Assembly (NCBI GenBank): GCA_965223345.1
Contig: CBDCWG010000012.1
Coordinates: 1,984,001 to 2,048,000, forward strand
From: Nitrospinales bacterium
GTDB taxonomy: Bacteria > Nitrospinota > Nitrospinia > Nitrospinales > VA-1
Reading direction: 5' to 3'
DNA: 64,000 nt
The position numbers and the translations under genes were made by a program. Shown one piece after another: positions 57,029 to 64,000 of this stretch. The notes below the pieces were generated by a model. It was given only the letters and a program-made list of their open reading frames with translations. It had not been told where the DNA came from and made no database searches. Every line of letters starts with the position of its first letter. Position 1 is the stretch's first letter.

Positions 57029-58633
57029 ATGGTGATCAGTCAAAGAGAACTGCTTGATAAACTTGCCTGGGGCGATTCTCTCAAGGATATCGAGATCGGC
57101 GATGTGGATTTTTCCGGTTACTGCTTCAAGGAGACGATCGATTTTTCCGGAGCCATCTTCACCAAACGGACGGTCTTCCAGAAAGTGCAGTTTTTAAAGG
57201 GAGTTAACTTTTCCGGTGCGCATTTTCTTGGCAAAAGCGGGGTGAATTTCCGCCAGGCAAAGTTTCTCGGGCTGGAAGGGGCGAATTTCAAAAAAGCCAA
57301 ATTTACCGGCGATGCCGGCGCGAACTTCTGCGAAGCGCAGTTTTCGGGGCCCGGCGGGGCGAATTTCATCATGGCCCAGTTTTCCTCGCGCGGCAAGGCG
57401 GATTTCAGCCAGGTGCGGTTTGCCGGCAAGGGCGGCGCCAACTTCAGCGAAGCCAAATTCACAGGCGAGGGCGGCGCGTATTTCAACAAGGCCCAGTTTT
57501 CCGGTGAAGGCGGTGCGGATTTCATCCTGACCGAATTTTCCGGCGAAGGCGGCGCGGATTTCTGGGGCGCCCAGTTCTCGGGAAAGCGCGGCGCGTACTT
57601 TTTCTTCACCCAGTTTTCCGGAAAGCGCGGCGCCGATTTCTGGGGCGCTCAGTTCACCGGGGAAGAGGGGGCGAACTTCAGCGAGGCCAAGTTTTCCGGG
57701 GAAGCGGGGGTGCATTTCAACGGCGCGCTGTTTTCAGGCCGGGGTGGTGTGGATTTCAGCAAGACCCAGTTCACCGGCGACGGCGGTGCGGATTTCAGCG
57801 AGGTGCGTTTCGCGGGCGAGGGCATTGTGAAATTCCACAGCACGGAGTTTCCCAAAAACCGCCTCATCCGCTTCATCGACGTGGAAATGGACCGGCCGGA
57901 AAACGTGCGTTTTCTCAATGTGGACAACCTGGGGGACACCTCGTTTCTCAATATGGACATCGAAAACGTGGTGTTTGAAAATGTGACGTTCCGCAAGGTC
58001 GGCAACGGTTTTTCCAGCCGCGAAATCCTGGCGGATGAAGTCTGGAGCGAGTTTGCGACGGATGCGAAAAAAAGGGTGCACGACCGGGAATACTTCCGCA
58101 CCGTGGAGATCCTGTATCGCAAGCTCAAGCTGAATTTCGAGGCCAAGCGGGACTACGAACGGGCGGGGAATTTCCATTACGGGGAAATGGAGATGCGGCG
58201 GATTCAGCAGCATCCGTTTTACCGCTACGTTTCCCTGATTTCCTTTTACAAGATTCTCACCGGCTACGGCCAGCGCTGGTTCAACGGGGTGACCAGCTTC
58301 GCCGTGCTGGTGCTGCTGTTTTCATGGGTCAACTGGTACGGGATCGAACCGAAGGTTCCCATCGTGGACAGTTCCCAGGAAGCCTCCACTGCGGAGCAGC
58401 CGTCGGGGCTGCCGGCTACCCTGTGCCGTCAGGAGTTGTCGCGCTGCACGGGGGTGGAGTGGAAGGATGCGGTTTTGTTCACGTTTCAGACCATGACGCT
58501 GCAGCGTTCCGACGATTTTCGCCCCAAGCCGGATCTGTGGCTGGGCAGAACGCTGATCGCGTTGCAGTTTCTCATCGGTCCGGCTTTGATCGCTTTGACA
58601 ATCCTGGCTGTGAGACGGGAATTTCGAAGGTAG
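57029..58633 (+). CDS. Pentapeptide-like 13-residue repeat protein fused to a C-terminal 2-TM, channel-like domain
   Basis: About 16 repeats of A(N/D)FxxAxFxGxGG; YRKLK..FE...D...AGNFHYGEMEM linker; GYG before TM1, DAVLFTFQTMTLQ pore-helix-like segment, TM2. Confidence 0.8.
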   Translation: MVISQRELLDKLAWGDSLKDIEIGDVDFSGYCFKETIDFSGAIFTKRTVFQKVQFLKGVNFSGAHFLGKSGVNFRQAKFLGLEGANFKKAKFTGDAGANFCEAQFSGPGGANFIMAQFSSRGKADFSQVRFAGKGGANFSEAKFTGEGGAYFNKAQFSGEGGADFILTEFSGEGGADFWGAQFSGKRGAYFFFTQFSGKRGADFWGAQFTGEEGANFSEAKFSGEAGVHFNGALFSGRGGVDFSKTQFTGDGGADFSEVRFAGEGIVKFHSTEFPKNRLIRFIDVEMDRPENVRFLNVDNLGDTSFLNMDIENVVFENVTFRKVGNGFSSREILADEVWSEFATDAKKRVHDREYFRTVEILYRKLKLNFEAKRDYERAGNFHYGEMEMRRIQQHPFYRYVSLISFYKILTGYGQRWFNGVTSFAVLVLLFSWVNWYGIEPKVPIVDSSQEASTAEQPSGLPATLCRQELSRCTGVEWKDAVLFTFQTMTLQRSDDFRPKPDLWLGRTLIALQFLIGPALIALTILAVRREFRR

Positions 58634-58717
58634 GGGAGACATTCCGAAGGCAGGTAAGGTGCCTTCAGAAGATCTGCTGCTCACGCGGGAATCCATGCCT
58701 CCCGCTGAAGTTTCGGA

Positions 58718-59371
58718 TCAGAACTCAAACCTCAGACCGCCGCTGATATTGTGAGATTCATATTCCGAATCGAACGTCGCTCCGGTGCTGTCGCTGAATT
58801 CCGGATCCTCGGTGGCGAAATACCGGTAGTCCGCCGTCAGAAACAGGTGCTCAGCGAGCCCGAGGCTCACGCCGCCGCCGAACTGATAGGCGAAAACGGT
58901 GTCTCTGTCGTCAACGATCGCGGTGTTTCCGGCGTTCACATTGTCGAGGTTGACCTCCGCCACGCCGGCTCCCGCCATCACATAGGGGGTGATGGGCAGA
59001 ATATTGGCGAATTCCCAGAAGATATTTCCCATATAGGAACGGGCGGAAATGTCTCCGGAAGCGTCGAGCGTCAGTCCGTTCAATGCGCCAAAGCTGGAAT
59101 TGGTCACTTTGAGCTGGTCCACGTCGTTTTCCCGGTAAGAAAATTCAAATTCCGCCCGGAAAAAGGGACTGAACCTCCAGCCGAGGGCGCCACCGGCGTT
59201 CCAGCCGTCCCGGTGTTCGCTTTCAATGGCGATACCGGAGCCGATGTTGTCCGAATCCTGAAGAATGGTCAGGCCACCGTGGCCGGCAATGTAGGCGTTC
59301 TGCGCCCAGGCCATCTGAGTTGAGAAAAGCAGCACCATCGTGGTGATCCCTATTAAGGATACACGTTTCAT
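58718..59371 (-). CDS. Outer-membrane beta-barrel protein (OMP_b-brl / porin family)
   Basis: AAGGAGG RBS; signal peptide; RAEFEFSYR, TPYVMAGAG, FAYQFGGG, DYRYF, terminal GLRFEF. Confidence 0.9.
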   Translation of the reverse strand: MKRVSLIGITTMVLLFSTQMAWAQNAYIAGHGGLTILQDSDNIGSGIAIESEHRDGWNAGGALGWRFSPFFRAEFEFSYRENDVDQLKVTNSSFGALNGLTLDASGDISARSYMGNIFWEFANILPITPYVMAGAGVAEVNLDNVNAGNTAIVDDRDTVFAYQFGGGVSLGLAEHLFLTADYRYFATEDPEFSDSTGATFDSEYESHNISGGLRFEF

Positions 59372-59890
59372 AGGTTGTCCTCCTTGTTTAGGATTAAAAT
59401 TTACGGTAATTTCAGCTTACTATTAATTTTTTTGGAAGATCAACCATAAAGAAATAACGCACTGTCAACCTGAGAAGAGTTCCTCCGAGCACTCGATTAA
59501 GTTATTAAAAATATTGCGGTTGCGTGGACTTTGCTGGAGGGGGGACTTTTTGCGGGGCCGGTGTGGATTGCTCTTGCCATTCTCGCCATCCGGCGTGAAT
59601 TCCGGAGATCGCGTTTTTCCCAACCCACCCGGGTTTGGGCGCTCCGGCATCCCTGATCAGAAAGAGCGGTCTTTCAATGGGTTTCGATGACGCCCCAATG
59701 GGGGGCGCCGATCTATGCAAAAATGCATCTAATTTAATAGGAATTTATGTTTAAGTTGTTGAAAAATAATGTTATAATTGGGGTTCTCGGGTTGCGGTCG
59801 AGAAGCGGGAACCCGCTGTTTAGATCGTGGCTAAACAGACTCGGTCGGTAGTTTTAATGTCTATCAATCAAGTGATGGGAGGTCAACTCG

Positions 59891-60082
59891 ATGGAGTATT
59901 GGCTGATTGTGGTTACGCTTTGGTTTCAAGACGGGCAGCAGGCGATTATGAAACAAAACCAGAAATTCAAAACCGAAGCTCAGTGTTTGCAGGCCGCTGG
60001 CAAGGTGACCAAGGACCAATATCCGGTTCCTCTGAAACAGTTGAAGGCCACGTGCGCCAAACACACAGGGGAGGAAGGTTGA
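59891..60082 (+). CDS. Small hypothetical protein
   Basis: GGAGG RBS; 63 aa with hydrophobic N-terminus, FKTEAQC..A and ATC Cys pair; followed by a terminator. Confidence 0.6.
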   Translation: MEYWLIVVTLWFQDGQQAIMKQNQKFKTEAQCLQAAGKVTKDQYPVPLKQLKATCAKHTGEEG

Positions 60083-60141
60083 GGAGGCAGTCGTTGCGTT
60101 TTTTGTGAGTTGTGCCCGAGTTCTTTGAACACGGCGGTAAT

Positions 60142-60184
60142 AAAAAAGGCCGGCATCTTTTGCAAGATGCCGGCCTCTTTTTTG
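60142..60184. terminator. Bidirectional rho-independent terminator
   Basis: A-tract, 13-bp stem AGGCCGGCATCTT/AAGATGCCGGCCT with TTGC loop, T-tract; lies between convergent genes. Confidence 0.85.
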
Positions 60185-60191
60185 GTGCGAA

Positions 60192-61001
60192 TCAGCTGTC
60201 TGTATTCATCTCCCGGCTCATCTTTCTTTCCAGCTCAAAGTTTTCCACCTGATCCTTGAGAAACCAGCCCTTGGTGCGCATGCAGCCCAGAAATGCCGGG
60301 ACGTGCGGTTCGCTTTCCTGGTTGCGCACCAGAGACACACACTCGTTCTTGTCGATCATCCAAGGGGTCAGCTCGGTGGTCACCGTCTCCGGTTCGATCT
60401 GCTGCCCGCGGTTGTTGGGATAGATCGTTCCTTCCCGGCTGGCTGCGATCGGCGGCTGGGCGATTTCGGAACTGTCGATGTCGTCTTCGTTTTCCTCGCT
60501 GTCGAGATCGCTGTTGTCGGCGAAACCCGTACCGGCGAAATCGTTGTGGTCATCGAATTCCTCGCCGATGCCGATGAATGCGTCGCTGCTTGCGGTGGAA
60601 AGCTGCGACTGCGGCTCGATCTTCAGCGCGTTGCCCGTCACATCCCAGCTGGAGCAGCCCAGAAGCGGCGGAACGATCAATATTTCCATGAACAGGGAAT
60701 ACCATTTTTCTTCCGCTTTCACATCGGAAGCCGCATCCCCCTGCATTTTTTTCAGTTCGGCCCGGATGGCGGGATTCATGAGGTTGGCATCGACGGCTTG
60801 CTCGCTGTAATTGCCGCATCCGGAAGCCTCCGTTTCAAAGGCGCCGATCTTCTCGATGCGATTCTCGCTTTCAGCCTCTTCCACCTGCAGTTTGGCGTGT
60901 TCTTCGGAGTAGTATCCTTTTCCGATTTTGAAGGGTGCCGAGGGCGCGCATCCACCCAACAGCACGGTAACCGCGAAAACGATTGAAAAGGTTTTCTTCA
61001 T
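60192..61001 (-). CDS. Hypothetical lipoprotein with acidic linker
   Basis: Lipobox LLGGC; D/E-rich region; C-terminal C..C..GW. Confidence 0.7.
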   Translation of the reverse strand: MKKTFSIVFAVTVLLGGCAPSAPFKIGKGYYSEEHAKLQVEEAESENRIEKIGAFETEASGCGNYSEQAVDANLMNPAIRAELKKMQGDAASDVKAEEKWYSLFMEILIVPPLLGCSSWDVTGNALKIEPQSQLSTASSDAFIGIGEEFDDHNDFAGTGFADNSDLDSEENEDDIDSSEIAQPPIAASREGTIYPNNRGQQIEPETVTTELTPWMIDKNECVSLVRNQESEPHVPAFLGCMRTKGWFLKDQVENFELERKMSREMNTDS

Positions 61002-61233
61002 TCTTTTTTCTCCCCGGTGTTAAGGATGGTGTCCCACGATTTTTTTATTTACCACGTATCGGTCTACCTATATATCACATTTCGGGGCGGCGAATCAAGA
61101 ATAGTTGTTGAAAAAACAGTGCTTTAAAGTTCGGATATTGCGGCAGCGCCTGAGGGGAAGAGGGGAGGCCGGTGCGGCCCGCCCGTAGCCAAAGGCCACG
61201 GGGCGGGTTCACCGCATGGGCGTTGGATGAGGG

Positions 61234-62025
61234 TCAGTTGCCGAACACGCGCTGGAAAAAGTTCTGCATGGCTTTCCAGGAGCGTTCGTCCGCCTGCTTG
61301 TCGTACTTGAGCGCGTCGATGCCGAATTTTTCCCGGAACGCGTCCGCCTGGGGATTGGTGAAGCTGTGCCGCACCCCGGCGAGGCTGAGGTAGGTCACAT
61401 CGGCGTTCGCCGTTACCATCTCCTGCATGAATTTGGCCACCGCTTCGGGTTTGAGGAAGCCATCCTCCGACCCGTTGATGACCATCACCGCGGTGTTGAC
61501 CTTGCCTTTTTCCACCGGTGGCGCATCGGGGAGGGCGCTGTGAAACGCCACGACCCCTTTCAGGTCAGCTCCGCCGCGCGCCATCTTGAGCGACACCGCG
61601 CCGCCGAAGCAGAAGCCGATCGCACCGATGCGCGCGGCGTCCACCGTCGCGTGCTCCTGCAACAGCTTCATCGCGGCGTTGAATTTGGCCTGGCTGCCCG
61701 GCCAGTCCTTGAACGCGGCGTTCATGAACTCCCCGGCCTTGTCCGGGTGGTCCGCCAGTTTGCCGTCGCCGTACATGTCCAGCGCCAGGGCGGTGTAGCC
61801 GAGTTTGGCGAGCATCTCCGCGCGGTCGCGGGCGTGTTTGTTGTGGCCCCACCATTCGTGGACCACCAGGATTCCGGGGCGCTTGCCTTTGACGGCGGAA
61901 TCGGTGGCGAGGTAGCCTTTCAGTTTCACTCCGCCTGCGCTGTAATTGACTTCTTCGGTCTTTATGTCCGCGTGGGCGGTGGTGGTGAGTGTGAGAAACA
62001 ATGCGATAGAGATGAGAGTTTTCAT
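61234..62025 (-). CDS. Secreted dienelactone hydrolase family protein
   Basis: Signal peptide; VHEWWG, GFCFGG nucleophile motif, HSFTNP. Confidence 0.9.
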   Translation of the reverse strand: MKTLISIALFLTLTTTAHADIKTEEVNYSAGGVKLKGYLATDSAVKGKRPGILVVHEWWGHNKHARDRAEMLAKLGYTALALDMYGDGKLADHPDKAGEFMNAAFKDWPGSQAKFNAAMKLLQEHATVDAARIGAIGFCFGGAVSLKMARGGADLKGVVAFHSALPDAPPVEKGKVNTAVMVINGSEDGFLKPEAVAKFMQEMVTANADVTYLSLAGVRHSFTNPQADAFREKFGIDALKYDKQADERSWKAMQNFFQRVFGN

Positions 62026-62304
62026 GATAACGATCTCGGGTTGCGTTGCTTGGGTTGATGGATCCGGTTCGCTGAAAAAGTTCAAACCACCTCAAAGCCG
62101 CCGCAGGGCGCGGATGTCTGCGTCTTTTCGTAAGGTGCGATTCGCGCAGGATCGCACCCGCGCCGCCTGCCTGCAAGACTTGAGGTTGCCTGAAATCATA
62201 TCACAAATCGGGAGACCCGATCCTCAGGGAGTGGGAAACCGGGAAATGGGGGTATAATTTCTTCTGCCCAAACGAAAACCGGTCACTCGGTGTGAGGCGA
62301 AGCG

Positions 62305-63201
62305 ATGCAGTGGAAGAATGACATCCCGTGGAACGGGCTCGGGGTCGAGGTCAGCGGCAAGCTGTCTCCCCGTGAAATGGTGTACCTGCTGAAGCTCGAT
62401 TTTGAGACCTCCCGGGTGCCGTCGGGCCGACCCAAGTCGTTCGCCAACCAGGAGACGTTTCAGTTCTTCAAAGCCTTCAGCGAGCACGGCGGCGCGGCTC
62501 TGGAGACCATCGGGATTCTGGACAGGGGCCGCATCCTCTGGGGGCTGGCCGGTCTGCCGGATGCGTTCACCGTGAAAGAAACGGACCCGATGAAAAGCTA
62601 CCTGTTGCTCGCCTCGCGCAACGAGACCCGCGACCGTATCGAAGTGCATTTCATGGCGCTGCGGCCGGCCGCCAGCGTCCTGCATCCGGTGACCTCCAAA
62701 GCGCGGACCTCGTTCAAGAACATCTGCCGCAAGCCCTTCACGGCGCAGTTCCCCTTCATGTCGCACGACACCAGCAAGTTCGACGACAGCATGATCAAAA
62801 AGACCCAGGAGGCGGTCGGTCTCGGGCGGGAGGCGATTGCCGCTTTCGCCGCCGATGCCGAGCGGCTGGCAGACAAAACCGTGGACGATGCGACCGCGCA
62901 TCGCTATATGTTCGATGTGTTCCAGCCGGATGCGGTCAAGGAGATGTCAGAGATCGGCAGCAGGGAGATCGAAAAAGTGGCGGACAAGAAAACCCGCACC
63001 GCCATCGAGGCGATCCACAACGCGCCGGGGCAGGATCGGGAACCGGCTCACAAGACCGCGTGGGGATTGCTCAACGCCGTGACCTATGCGATCGACCATC
63101 GTCTCGGCAGCAATGCCGATTCGCGTTTGCGGCTGGGCTGGTTCGGCCCGCACGCAAAAATCAAGCAGCGGGCGTACGAGCTGGCACTGGCGTTGCTGTA
63201 A
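62305..63201 (+). CDS. DUF932-family (phage/plasmid-associated) protein
   Basis: PWNGLG, LETIGILDRGRILWGLA, YLLL, TAWGLLNAVT..IDH, WFG...KIKQRA. Confidence 0.75.
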   Translation: MQWKNDIPWNGLGVEVSGKLSPREMVYLLKLDFETSRVPSGRPKSFANQETFQFFKAFSEHGGAALETIGILDRGRILWGLAGLPDAFTVKETDPMKSYLLLASRNETRDRIEVHFMALRPAASVLHPVTSKARTSFKNICRKPFTAQFPFMSHDTSKFDDSMIKKTQEAVGLGREAIAAFAADAERLADKTVDDATAHRYMFDVFQPDAVKEMSEIGSREIEKVADKKTRTAIEAIHNAPGQDREPAHKTAWGLLNAVTYAIDHRLGSNADSRLRLGWFGPHAKIKQRAYELALALL

Positions 63202-63285
63202 CGAAAAATCATTTCCTGCCAAGCTCAATACCGATTGAAAGCTCCAGGGATTAGGTAACCGCGAAATTTTTCCAATGGGAATCCA

Positions 63286-63648
63286 ATGAGGGACAACATT
63301 GAAGTTGAAGAATTTGCAATTAATCTTGGATGGCGGTTTTATTTAAAAGAAGACTTTCCCGGAATCAATGAATTAAACGATGCAGTGATAATAATTGTCC
63401 CTCAATGGAGCCCTAAATGCCAAAAGATAGTTGAAGGAATCTCAGAAGAAATCAATGCTTTAGGGGCGCCTGTCTGTGTTTTTGATATTGATAACTTTCG
63501 CTCTCCAGAAGGTATACAAAAAATATTTCCTGACTTTCCAATAATAATTCAAACTCCAGTTTTCGGTTTTTATAGAAATAAATCTCTAGTAAAAATGATT
63601 CAGGGAGCAAACTTGGTCGAAGAATTTAAAAAGTTTAAATATGAGTAA
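63286..63648 (+). CDS. AT-rich hypothetical protein, possibly thioredoxin-like fold
   Basis: 120 aa; WSPKC, FDID, QTPVFGFY; DNA markedly AT-rich. Confidence 0.55.
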   Translation: MRDNIEVEEFAINLGWRFYLKEDFPGINELNDAVIIIVPQWSPKCQKIVEGISEEINALGAPVCVFDIDNFRSPEGIQKIFPDFPIIIQTPVFGFYRNKSLVKMIQGANLVEEFKKFKYE

Positions 63649-63723
63649 GAAAATATCAGCTTTTCACCGATTTTGAGACCTAACTTTCCGGGACTCAACC
63701 CACACGCGCAGCCCAAACTCCGA

Positions 63724-64000
<277 letters not shown>

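Noticed and set aside
57200..57830. 39-bp periodic DNA resembling a CRISPR array or DGR
   Set aside because: Repeats are degenerate, in frame and protein-coding, with no spacers and no cas or reverse transcriptase gene.
62305..63648. Prophage or ICE call
   Set aside because: No integrase, structural, replication or conjugation genes, and no att repeats seen.

Overview
GC-rich bacterial chromosomal window with about 60 CDS and no rRNA, tRNA, CRISPR array or recognisable transposase/integrase. The gene repertoire (tandem DUF3365 cytochrome, TIGR03545/TIGR03546 pair, pentapeptide proteins) tentatively suggests a Nitrospinota-like organism; this is inference only. The left arm (1-17.4 kb) has cofactor genes (thiO-bioA-queD), a Kef-type antiporter, a GCS2-type ligase/M14 peptidase pair and envelope proteins. 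The centre (17.5-50.2 kb) is the main finding: a candidate lipid-biosynthesis island. It combines a GNAT bacterial-ceramide-synthase homologue, a 2557-aa highly reducing type I PKS (KS-AT-DH-pseudoMT-ER-KR-ACP), a PI(P)-synthase-type enzyme, an Aur1-like inositol-phosphorylceramide synthase, a DES1-like sphingolipid delta-4 desaturase, an FA2H-like hydroxylase and a secreted START protein. It also has a PIG-A-like GT4, a deacetylase, a flippase-like protein, a polyprenol-P-mannose synthase, three GT-C-type membrane proteins (one with PIG-M-like motifs), an LTA-synthase-family transferase and a lone lptF. Together these suggest a bacterial pathway to eukaryote-like glycosyl-inositol-phosphoceramide (GIPC/GPI-like) lipids; serine palmitoyltransferase, inositol-phosphate synthase and PPTase are not in the window. 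The right arm (50.8-64 kb) has mscS, a sigma54-preceded coiled-coil/VWA operon, nhaA, repeat proteins, an outer-membrane beta-barrel, a dienelactone hydrolase, a DUF932 gene, an AT-rich foreign-looking ORF and the end of a CzcA-type pump. All family calls come from motif recognition by eye; no database search was run.
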